From positions 1 through 42,234 of the forward strand of contig JAYVME010000327.1 of NCBI GenBank assembly GCA_043759115.1: a stretch of 42,234 bases of DNA, in the 5' to 3' direction. How positions within the stretch are numbered: the stretch's first letter is position 1; each line of letters opens with the position of its first letter. Under the pieces are notes generated by a model. The model was given only the letters and a program-made list of their open reading frames with translations, was not told the DNA's origin and searched no databases. The position numbers and the translations under genes were made by a program. The DNA comes from Betaproteobacteria bacterium. GTDB taxonomy: Bacteria > Pseudomonadota > Gammaproteobacteria > Burkholderiales > SG8-41. Below, in pieces: positions 1 to 7,609 of the stretch.

Positions 1-441
1 GACAACGGCATTCCCGTCGTAAAAACGGATCGCGGCGGACAGATCACGTATCATGGCCCGGGCCAGCCGGTAATTTACCTGTTGCTCGACATGAAGCGTC
101 GCGGGCTCACGGTGCGGCCGCTGGTCAGGCTCATGGAAAACGCCGTGATAGAATTGCTCGCGAACTACGGTGTCGCCGCGCGTGGCAGTACAGATGCGCC
201 GGGTGTTTATGTGGACCATGCCAAGATCGCCGCACTGGGCTTGCGCATCCGGAACGGTTGCTGTTATCACGGCGTCGCGCTGAACGTCGATATGGATTTA
301 AGCCCGTTCCGGACCATCGACCCGTGCGGCTATCCTGGCCTTGACGTGACGCAACTGTGCGAACTTGGCATCATCGATGCACCTGACATCGCGGGCGACA
401 AACTGGCTCAATGCCTGCTCGCGCAATTACAGAGTGTCTGA
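1..441 (+). CDS. lipB: Octanoyltransferase LipB, 5'-truncated by the window edge
   Basis: Frame 1 is open from nt 1 ([30 protein letters not shown]...). It has LipB-like RGGxxTYHGPGQ and AALGxR...YHG motifs and lies directly upstream of lipA. Confidence 0.9.
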   Translation, partial: DNGIPVVKTDRGGQITYHGPGQPVIYLLLDMKRRGLTVRPLVRLMENAVIELLANYGVAARGSTDAPGVYVDHAKIAALGLRIRNGCCYHGVALNVDMDLSPFRTIDPCGYPGLDVTQLCELGIIDAPDIAGDKLAQCLLAQLQSV

Positions 442-448
442 CAACATT

Positions 449-1399
449 ATGAACAACGTCACCGAAAAGCAAAAAGGCGCCGCGAAGACGGCGCGCGCAT
501 TTGGCAAATCCGCGATCAAGATCGTGCCGGTCGAGCGGCTGAAGAAGCCCGACTGGATCCGCGTGCGCGCCGGCAACAGCCAGCGCTTCCAGGAAATCAA
601 GAACATCCTGCGTGAGCACAAGCTGCATACCGTGTGCGAAGAAGCGACGTGCCCCAATATCGGCGAATGCTTCGGCAAAGGCACCGCGACCTTCATGATA
701 CTGGGCGACCTGTGCACGCGGCGTTGCCCGTTCTGCGATGTCGCGCATGGCCGGCCAAAGCCGCCCGACGCCGACGAACCGGTGAACCTCGCGCAAACGA
801 TCGCGGCACTCAAGCTGCGCTACGTCGTAATCACGAGTGTCGACCGCGATGATTTGCGCGACGGGGGTGCTGCGCATTTCGCCGATTGCATTCGCGCCGT
901 GCGCGAGCGCTCGCCCGCCACCCGGATTGAAGTGCTGGTGCCGGACTTCCGCGGCCGTCTCGACATCGCACTCGGCATCCTCGCGGAGCACCCGCCCGAC
1001 GTGATGAACCACAACCTCGAAACCGTGCCGCGGCTCTATAAGCAGGCGCGGCCGGGCGCCGATTACGCGAACTCGCTCGCGCTGCTGCGGCAATTCAAAG
1101 CGCGCCTGCCGCATATCCCGACCAAGTCGGGACTGATGCTGGGGATCGGCGAAACGGACGACGAAATTCTGCAGGTGATGCGCGACTTGCGCGCGCACGA
1201 GGTGAGCATGCTCACCCTCGGCCAGTACCTGCAGCCGTCCGTGCATCATCTGCCGGTGCTGCGCTACGCCGAACCCGCCGTATTTGAAGAATTCGGGCGC
1301 CAAGCCGCCGCCATGGGCTTCGCGCATGCCGCGTGCGGACCGATGGTGCGCTCGAGCTACCATGCCGATCAGCAGGCGCACGATGCGGGCGTCGCGTAA
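449..1399 (+). CDS. lipA: Lipoyl synthase (radical SAM)
   Basis: CPNIGECF and [10 protein letters not shown] cysteine motifs and full-length similarity to LipA. The ATG at 449 follows the lipB stop at 441; the ORF-track start at 365 would overlap lipB and is less likely. Confidence 0.93.
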   Translation: MNNVTEKQKGAAKTARAFGKSAIKIVPVERLKKPDWIRVRAGNSQRFQEIKNILREHKLHTVCEEATCPNIGECFGKGTATFMILGDLCTRRCPFCDVAHGRPKPPDADEPVNLAQTIAALKLRYVVITSVDRDDLRDGGAAHFADCIRAVRERSPATRIEVLVPDFRGRLDIALGILAEHPPDVMNHNLETVPRLYKQARPGADYANSLALLRQFKARLPHIPTKSGLMLGIGETDDEILQVMRDLRAHEVSMLTLGQYLQPSVHHLPVLRYAEPAVFEEFGRQAAAMGFAHAACGPMVRSSYHADQQAHDAGVA

Positions 1400-1417
1400 T
1401 CCGTTACACTAGTCCCC

Positions 1418-1795
1418 ATGCCACGCTTCTACGTAGGTCTTAGCGCAGACGAAAAAGAGCTCTGGAAAGCATCCAACGTCACCGCCGAAGGCAATATTCT
1501 GATCTCGGTCGAACTGTCGTTTGCGGGACAGGACGCCAAACCGCTGGATCGCTACAAGGCGGCGCTTCTTGCCCTGGGCAGGGAGGCCACCAAGCGGCGG
1601 CAACTCTCCAAGTATTGCTGGCTCTTTGCGCTCGATGCGCGGTTGAACGACATCTTCCAGACGCTCGTCGATCATCTGGGCGTCGAACATCATTCGTATA
1701 CCGCCGCCGACCTCAAATCGGGCGAAGGCCTTGCCTACGATGCGGAGAAGCGGGTGGTGTGCGACTTTTACGCGAAAAACTGGATGGACGACTGA
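1418..1795 (+). CDS. Hypothetical protein (125 aa), no recognisable domain
   Basis: Clean ORF with ATG 18 nt after lipA, convergent with polA. I recognise no family motif. Confidence 0.5.
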   Translation: MPRFYVGLSADEKELWKASNVTAEGNILISVELSFAGQDAKPLDRYKAALLALGREATKRRQLSKYCWLFALDARLNDIFQTLVDHLGVEHHSYTAADLKSGEGLAYDAEKRVVCDFYAKNWMDD

Positions 1796-1823
1796 CCGGC
1801 CTTAGTGCGCTCTCGGTGTGCCC

Positions 1824-4574
1824 TTAGTGTGCTTTTTCCCAGTTCGGCCCGATACCGACATCCACCACCAGCGGCACTGCAAGTTTTGCCACCCCGCCCA
1901 TGAGTGCCGGCAGGCGCTCTTTGACAATGTCGATTTCAGCGTCCGGCACTTCGAGCACGAGTTCGTCGTGCACCTGCATGATGAGCATCGATTTAAGTTT
2001 GTCGGTCTCAAGCCAGTGCTGCACTGCAATCATCGCCAGCTTGATCAGATCGGCGGCGGTACCCTGCATCGGCGCGTTGATCGCGGCGCGCTCGGCAGCC
2101 TGCCGCCGCGCGCCGTTGCTCGAGCGGATTTCAGGCAGCCACAAACGGCGGCCAAACACCGTTTCGACATAACCCTGCTCGCGCGCCTTTTCGCGCGTCA
2201 CCCGCATGTACTCGGCGACACCCGGATAGCGCGCGAAGTAGCGGTCCATGTACTGCTGGGCGGCGGCGCGTTCGATGCCGAGTTGGCTGGCCAGTCCGTA
2301 GACCGACATGCCGTAAATCAAACCGAAGTTGATGACCTTGGCGTAGCGCCGCTGTTCAACATCGACGGCGTGCAGGTCGAGACCTAAAATTTCAGCCGCG
2401 GTCGCGCGATGGATATCCTCGCCGGCGGCGAATGCCTTTAAGAGGCCGGCGTCCCGCGAGATGTGCGCCATGATGCGCAACTCGATCTGCGAATAATCGG
2501 CCGAGATAATCTGGCTGCCGGCGGGCGCGATGAAGGCTTCGCGAATGCGGCGGCCTTCGGCGGTGCGCACCGGGATGTTCTGCAGGTTGGGATCGTTGCT
2601 CGCGAGCCGCCCCGTGATCGCGACCGCTTGCGCGTAATTGGTGTGCACGCGGCCGGTACGCGGGTTGACCATGCGCGGCAGCTTGTCCGTATACGTCGAC
2701 TTGAGTTTGGCGATGCCCCGGTATTCGAGCAGGAGCTTGGGCAGCGGATGGTCGAGCGCAAGTTGCTCGAGCGCGTCCTCATCCGTCGACGGCGCGCCGG
2801 TCGGGGTTTTCTTGACCGGCTTGATGCCCAGCTTACCGAACAATATCTCCTGAATCTGCTTGGGTGAATTCAGATTGAATGGCTGGTCCGCCAGTTTGTG
2901 CGCAGCTGCCTCCAGGCCCATCATCTTGACGCCGAGTTCGCGGCTCTGCGCGTCAAGCAACCGGGCGTCGAGCAAAACGCCATGGCGTTCCATGATCTGC
3001 AGCACGGTCATCACCGGCATCTCGATCTCGCGGTAGATCCGCGCGAGCTTCGCATCCGCTTCAATCTGCGGATACAACGCGTGATGCAGTTGCAGCGTGA
3101 TGTCGGCGTCTTCCGCCGCGTATTCCGCGGCGCTTTCGACCGACACCTGATCGAAGCCGATCTGGCTCGCGCCCTTGCCCGCGACCTCCTCGAAGGTGAT
3201 GGTTTTCACGCCGAGATGGCGGGTGGCCAAGTCGTCCATGTTGTGCGATTTGTGGCTTTCGAGCACATACGACTGCAACAGTGTGTCGTGCAGCACGCCC
3301 GTCAGATGAATGCCGTGATTGGCGAACACGTGCGTGTCGTATTTGAGGTTCTGGCCGACCTTGTGGTGGCGCGCATCCTCGAGCCACGGTTTTAATTTGG
3401 CGAGCACCGCGTCGAGATCAAGCTGCGGCGGCGCGCCGGCATAGTTGTGTGTGAGCGGCACATAGGCCGCACGGCCCGGCTCCGCCGCCAGCGAAATTCC
3501 GACCAGCCGCGCCGCTAATGGATCGAGGCTGGTGGTTTCGGTATCCAGCGACACAAGCGCCGCGGCGGAAATTGTCGCCAGCCACGCGTCGAGCTGGCGC
3601 TCGGTGAGTATTGTCTCGTATACCCGTGAGGCGTTAGGCGTGAGGCGTGAGGCGGGTTCGGCGGGAACCGGGAGTCTTTCATCCTTCATCCTTCCGCCTT
3701 CATCCTTATTGTCGCTGCCCCTCTCCTCCAACTCCCGCCGCCACGTCTTGAACTCAAAGCGAGCATAGAGCTCCGCGAGCTTCGCTTCGTCGTGCTTGTC
3801 GTGCGCGAGCTCTTCGAGCTTGACCGGCAACTCGACGTCGCACTTGATCGTCACGAGCTCGCGCGCCTGCGGCAGCCAGTCGAGCGCTTTGCGCAGATTC
3901 TCGCCGACCACACCGCCGATTTCGCCGGCATGCGCGATGACGTTGTCGAGTGTGTGGTATTGCGCAAGCCATTTGACCGCGGTTTTGGGCCCGACTTTTT
4001 CCACACCCGGCACGTTATCGACCGCGTCGCCGACCAGCGCGAGATAATCAACAATGCGCTCCGGCTTAACGCCGAATTTCTTTTCGACCCCCGCCTCATC
4101 GAGTGTTTCGTTCGACATCGTATTGACGAGCGTGACCAGTGGATTGACGAGCTGCGTGATGTCCTTGTCGCCGGTCGAAATCACGGTGCGCAGGCCGCGC
4201 TGCTGCGCATGCCGCGCGAGCGTACCGATCACGTCGTCGGCTTCGACACCTTCCACCATAATTAAAGGCCAGCCCATGGCGCGGATCGCCGCATGCAGCG
4301 GCTCGATCTGCTGTACCAGGTCGTCAGGCATCGACGGCCGGTTGGCCTTGTATGCGGGATAGATTTCGTCGCGGAACGTTTTGCCTTTGGCGTCGAAAAC
4401 GCAGGCGCTATAATCAGACGGAATGTCCTTGTGCAGCCGCCGCAACATGTTGAGCACCCCGTAGATGGCGCCCGTCGGTTCGCCGCGGCTGTTACGCAGG
4501 TCCGTTTTCGACATCGCATGAAAAGCGCGATACAGGTACGATGAACCGTCTACCAGCAGCAGTGTTTTTGTCAT
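1824..4574 (-). CDS. polA: DNA polymerase I
   Basis: 916 aa with a 5'-3' exonuclease N-terminus (LLVDGSSYLYRAFHA), a 3'-5' exonuclease domain (DTETTSLD) and polymerase motifs (DYSQIELRIMAH, QVHDELV). The inter-domain linker is encoded by repeat DNA (see the repeat at 3626-3707). Confidence 0.97.
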   Translation of the reverse strand: MTKTLLLVDGSSYLYRAFHAMSKTDLRNSRGEPTGAIYGVLNMLRRLHKDIPSDYSACVFDAKGKTFRDEIYPAYKANRPSMPDDLVQQIEPLHAAIRAMGWPLIMVEGVEADDVIGTLARHAQQRGLRTVISTGDKDITQLVNPLVTLVNTMSNETLDEAGVEKKFGVKPERIVDYLALVGDAVDNVPGVEKVGPKTAVKWLAQYHTLDNVIAHAGEIGGVVGENLRKALDWLPQARELVTIKCDVELPVKLEELAHDKHDEAKLAELYARFEFKTWRRELEERGSDNKDEGGRMKDERLPVPAEPASRLTPNASRVYETILTERQLDAWLATISAAALVSLDTETTSLDPLAARLVGISLAAEPGRAAYVPLTHNYAGAPPQLDLDAVLAKLKPWLEDARHHKVGQNLKYDTHVFANHGIHLTGVLHDTLLQSYVLESHKSHNMDDLATRHLGVKTITFEEVAGKGASQIGFDQVSVESAAEYAAEDADITLQLHHALYPQIEADAKLARIYREIEMPVMTVLQIMERHGVLLDARLLDAQSRELGVKMMGLEAAAHKLADQPFNLNSPKQIQEILFGKLGIKPVKKTPTGAPSTDEDALEQLALDHPLPKLLLEYRGIAKLKSTYTDKLPRMVNPRTGRVHTNYAQAVAITGRLASNDPNLQNIPVRTAEGRRIREAFIAPAGSQIISADYSQIELRIMAHISRDAGLLKAFAAGEDIHRATAAEILGLDLHAVDVEQRRYAKVINFGLIYGMSVYGLASQLGIERAAAQQYMDRYFARYPGVAEYMRVTREKAREQGYVETVFGRRLWLPEIRSSNGARRQAAERAAINAPMQGTAADLIKLAMIAVQHWLETDKLKSMLIMQVHDELVLEVPDAEIDIVKERLPALMGGVAKLAVPLVVDVGIGPNWEKAH
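3626..3707. repeat. Two heptamer-periodic repeat arrays inside polA: a (CGCCTCA)n-type array and one GGATGAA-family arm
   Basis: 3626-3654 reads gtgaggcgttaggcgtgaggcgtgaggcg. 3678-3707 reads ttcatccttcatccttccgccttcatcctt, whose reverse complement is identical to 13561-13590. The region is translated in frame as ...NKDEGGRMKDERLPVPAEPASRLTPNASRV... Confidence 0.85.
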
Positions 4575-4617
4575 CGCGCGTCAGCGGCCGGTGGTCACGA
4601 AAAAAGAGGAGTCGAGC

Positions 4618-5337
4618 ATGCGCCATCCCGACAAAGTACCGCCACGCGTGACATCCGAGTCCGGATGGTCGGCGCGCGAGTCATGGCGCATGTTCGGCAT
4701 TATGTCAGAATTTGTCGAGGCGGCGGCGCGCCTCGGCAACATTCAGCCCGCGGTGAGCATGTTCGGCAGCGCACGCGTGCCGGTCGATCACCCGTACTAT
4801 CTGCTCGCCGAACAGATTGCGCGCCGCCTGTCCGACGCCGGCTTCAGCGTGATCTCGGGCGGCGGGCCCGGCATGATGGAAGCCTTCAACAAGGGCGCCT
4901 ACTTCGGCAAGTCACCGGCGATCGGACTCAATATCGAATTGCCGCGCGAACAATTCCCGAACACGTACCAGGATATCAGTCTCTCGTTTCGGCACTTCTT
5001 CGCGCGCAAGGTCACCTTCGTGCGTTTTGCGACGGCCTACGTCGTGCTGCCCGGCGGCTTCGGCACGCTTGACGAACTCTTAGAAGCACTGACGCTGGTG
5101 CAAACCGGCAAGATCCGCCACATGCCGATCATCCTCGTGCACTCACCGTTCTGGAGCGGACTCGTCGACTGGCTGCGTTCCCGGCTGCTCGCTGAGAATA
5201 TGATCGCCCCCGCCGACATGGACCTGGTGCAGTTGGTTGACGAGCCGCAGCAGGTGGTGGACGCGATATTCGACTACTATGAAAAACGCGGCTTCGCGCC
5301 GGCCGACGCCGAACGCGAATCGTTGCTGACGCTTTGA
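4618..5337 (+). CDS. LOG/TIGR00730-family Rossmann-fold nucleotide-binding protein (lysine-decarboxylase-like)
   Basis: GGGPGMMEA and PGGFGTLDEL motifs. The ATG at 4618 has a GAGGAG Shine-Dalgarno 6 nt upstream, so the GTG at 4591 from the ORF track is less likely. Confidence 0.85.
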   Translation: MRHPDKVPPRVTSESGWSARESWRMFGIMSEFVEAAARLGNIQPAVSMFGSARVPVDHPYYLLAEQIARRLSDAGFSVISGGGPGMMEAFNKGAYFGKSPAIGLNIELPREQFPNTYQDISLSFRHFFARKVTFVRFATAYVVLPGGFGTLDELLEALTLVQTGKIRHMPIILVHSPFWSGLVDWLRSRLLAENMIAPADMDLVQLVDEPQQVVDAIFDYYEKRGFAPADAERESLLTL

Positions 5338-5340
5338 GTG

Positions 5341-5395
5341 CAGGATTGAGGATTCGGTTGAACCCCGCCTTTCCTATATCCTCAATCTCGCATCC
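5341..5395. repeat. AGGATTG-heptamer hairpin element downstream of the LOG-family gene (possible terminator)
   Basis: caggattgaggattcgg ... tatatcctcaatctcgcatcc. The arms are complementary over about 10-11 bp. It belongs to the same family as 15236-15309. Confidence 0.6.
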
Positions 5396-5454
5396 CGCCC
5401 GCCCTTTATATTTTCGGCCGAAAAGCCGATAATAGGCCGCATTGGCCATAAGGA

Positions 5455-5805
5455 ATGATCATGCGTAACCTGCTTGCCACGCTTGCCACAGTAATCCTCT
5501 GCACCGCGCTGCCTGCAATGGGTGCGGACCGGCCGGGAAATCTGCAGCCGATTCCCGACCCGCCGCCGCCGCCGCCCGGCTTTGAGCTTGACCCGGCGCT
5601 CGAACCGCAGGTCACCATTCTGAAACGCGGCACCGACACGGTTGAAGAGTACCGCGTCGGTGGCAAGGTTTACATGCTTAAAGTGACCCCCGCCCGCGGC
5701 GCGCCGTATTACCTGATCGATGAACGAGGCGACGGCCTGATGACGCGGCAGGAAAGCTATGATTTTGGCCTGCGTCCACCGATGTGGGTTATCCATTCGT
5801 GGTAG
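5455..5805 (+). CDS. DUF2782-like secreted protein
   Basis: Signal peptide, proline-rich stretch, then EEYRVGGKVYMLKVTPARGAPYYLIDERGDG. Its position between polA and thrB matches the usual proteobacterial context. Confidence 0.75.
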   Translation: MIMRNLLATLATVILCTALPAMGADRPGNLQPIPDPPPPPPGFELDPALEPQVTILKRGTDTVEEYRVGGKVYMLKVTPARGAPYYLIDERGDGLMTRQESYDFGLRPPMWVIHSW

Positions 5806-5888
5806 GTTAGCCCCCGGCGTTCAGTTCAACGAATGCGCGGCGCAAGCCGCGCGCAACAAGGTCCATGTTTGAGAACTGATTGCTGAAA

Positions 5889-6845
5889 ATGTCCGTATTC
5901 ACCGTCGTCACACCCGAACAGCTGGCGGCGTGGCTCAAGCACTATTCGATCGGCAGCCTCACGCACCTCGAGGGCATCGCGGCCGGCATCGAGAACACCA
6001 ACTACTTCGTCACCACCACGCACGGCCGTTACGTGCTCACTTTGTTCGAGAAACTGAAAGCAGGCGAGCTGCCGTTTTACATGAATCTGATGGCGCATCT
6101 GGCACGCCACGGCATCCCGTGTCCGCAGCCAATCGCCAAGCTTGACAACGAGTTTCTGGGCGCGTTGAACGGCAAACCGGCGAGCATCGTCACGTGCGTG
6201 CCAGGCGCCGCCCTCGAGTCGGCCGCCGCGCACCAGTGCGCGGCCATCGGCGAATTGCTCGCCCAGATGCATCTCGCGGGCCTGAGCTATGCCGCGACCA
6301 TGCCGAATCCGCGCGGTGCGCACTGGTGGACCGCCGCCATGCCGCAAGTGGCGCCGTTTCTCGATGCGCGCGCCGCGGCTATGCTCGGCGCGGAAGTGCG
6401 CTTTCAGTCGCAACATCACGCCGGGGATTTGCCGCGCGGCGCGATACACGCGGATCTTTTCCGCGACAATGTCCTGTGGCGCGGCGCACAGGTCGGCGGC
6501 ATCATCGATTTTTATTTTGCCTGCACGGATGCCCTGCTCTATGACGTTGCGATTGCGGTCAACGACTGGTGCCTCGCGTCCGCCTCGGCGCTCGACGAAG
6601 AACGCACGCGGGCGCTGCTCAATGCTTACCACGGCGTGCGGCCGTTCACTTGCGGCGAGCGTGATGCGTGGCCGGCCATGCTGCGCGCCGGCGCGCTGCG
6701 CTTCTGGGTATCGCGACTCTATGATTTTCATCTGCCGCGGCCGGGCGCGCTCGTGCACGCCAAAGACCCGGCAAACTTTCAGCACCTGCTCGAACAGCAT
6801 GTTGCGCGCGAAGCCGAGCATAAGCAGATGTTCGTCCGCGCATGA
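5889..6845 (+). CDS. thrB: Homoserine kinase (APH/choline-kinase fold type)
   Basis: MSVFTVVTPEQLAAWLKHYSIGSL...GIENTNYFV...IHADLFRDNVL. The ATG at 5889 is preferred over the TTG at 5880. Confidence 0.88.
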   Translation: MSVFTVVTPEQLAAWLKHYSIGSLTHLEGIAAGIENTNYFVTTTHGRYVLTLFEKLKAGELPFYMNLMAHLARHGIPCPQPIAKLDNEFLGALNGKPASIVTCVPGAALESAAAHQCAAIGELLAQMHLAGLSYAATMPNPRGAHWWTAAMPQVAPFLDARAAAMLGAEVRFQSQHHAGDLPRGAIHADLFRDNVLWRGAQVGGIIDFYFACTDALLYDVAIAVNDWCLASASALDEERTRALLNAYHGVRPFTCGERDAWPAMLRAGALRFWVSRLYDFHLPRPGALVHAKDPANFQHLLEQHVAREAEHKQMFVRA

Positions 6846-7600
6846 ATATACGCACCGTCGACGCCGTGCACGGCTGGCGCTGGCTGGTACAGGGTGTTGT
6901 TATTTTCCGCAAGAACCCAGCGCAGTGGCTGCTGCTTATCGCGACTCTGTATGCCGGTAGCCGTATCCTGCTGCTGCTGCCTTTCATCGGATTGGCCGCG
7001 ATTCTGGTCACGCCCAATTTTCTCGCCGGCCTCGCGCACGGCGCGCAGGCGCTCGAAGAAGGCAAGCCGCTGCGCTTCGGCTATCTCGCGAGCGGATTTC
7101 TGAAAAGCGGAGCGCAGCTCGTTACCATCGGCGGGGTGTCGCTGGTTGGTCACTTCCTGATGCTGATCGCAATGGCGGCGGTCGCCGGCGAGGCGCTGTC
7201 CGGCATCGCGCAAACCATGGCCGCGGGCGCGATCACCGCGGACACCGTAAATGCGATGCGCGCCGCCGCACCCCGTCTGCTGTTAAGCGCGCTTATCGGC
7301 CTCGGCATCTCGCTGCCCATAATGCTCGCGGTGTGGTTTTCGCCGTTGCTGGTGTTTTTCGATGATATGAAGCCGGTGCCTGCCATGCTGCTGAGCTTTT
7401 GGGCTTGCGTAAAGAATGTCCTGCCGCTGTTGGTCTACAGCATCGCGGTGCTGGGACCGATCTTTGTCATGACGCAAATCGGCATGGCGCTCACCGGCCA
7501 GCCCGACCTCGGCATCTGGTTGCTGGCGCCGGTACTCGTGCCTTCGCTTTACGCGGGCTATCGGGACCTGTTTGTTCGCGAACCGGTCGTGACCGCTTAA
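6842..7600 (+). CDS. Multi-pass inner-membrane protein (BPSS1780-like family, from memory)
   Basis: ATGA overlap with the thrB stop. There are several hydrophobic helices, and the N-terminus (HGWRWLVQGVVIFRKNPAQWLLL) resembles a Burkholderiales membrane-protein family. Confidence 0.6.
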   Translation: MNIRTVDAVHGWRWLVQGVVIFRKNPAQWLLLIATLYAGSRILLLLPFIGLAAILVTPNFLAGLAHGAQALEEGKPLRFGYLASGFLKSGAQLVTIGGVSLVGHFLMLIAMAAVAGEALSGIAQTMAAGAITADTVNAMRAAAPRLLLSALIGLGISLPIMLAVWFSPLLVFFDDMKPVPAMLLSFWACVKNVLPLLVYSIAVLGPIFVMTQIGMALTGQPDLGIWLLAPVLVPSLYAGYRDLFVREPVVTA

Positions 7601-7609
7601 ACGCAAGCG

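Noticed and set aside
371-1381. 336-aa antisense ORF opposite lipA. Similar long antisense or alternate-frame ORFs lie opposite thrB (5826-6821), leuS (10862-12598), the SMC-like gene (18415-19098, 19430-20113, 19875-20603, 20628-21587), lpdA (22649-23347, 23351-24352), the RNB gene (26114-27430), the amidase (31934-32539, 32025-32729, 32137-32898), the PrpD-like gene (36693-37517) and tctC (38977-39753, 39081-39716).
   Set aside because: These are typical high-GC shadow ORFs. They are Arg/Ala/Gly/Pro-rich low-complexity translations with no recognisable motifs, and each is fully covered by a strand or frame with a clearly identifiable conserved protein.
4591-4617. GTG start of the LOG-family ORF, and other upstream ORF-track starts (365 for lipA, 5880 for thrB, 14179 for holA, 31892 for yqiA, 33187 and 33678 for the Fe-S genes).
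   Set aside because: Downstream ATG codons have better RBS spacing, avoid overlap with neighbouring genes or repeat elements, and match the N-termini expected for the families.
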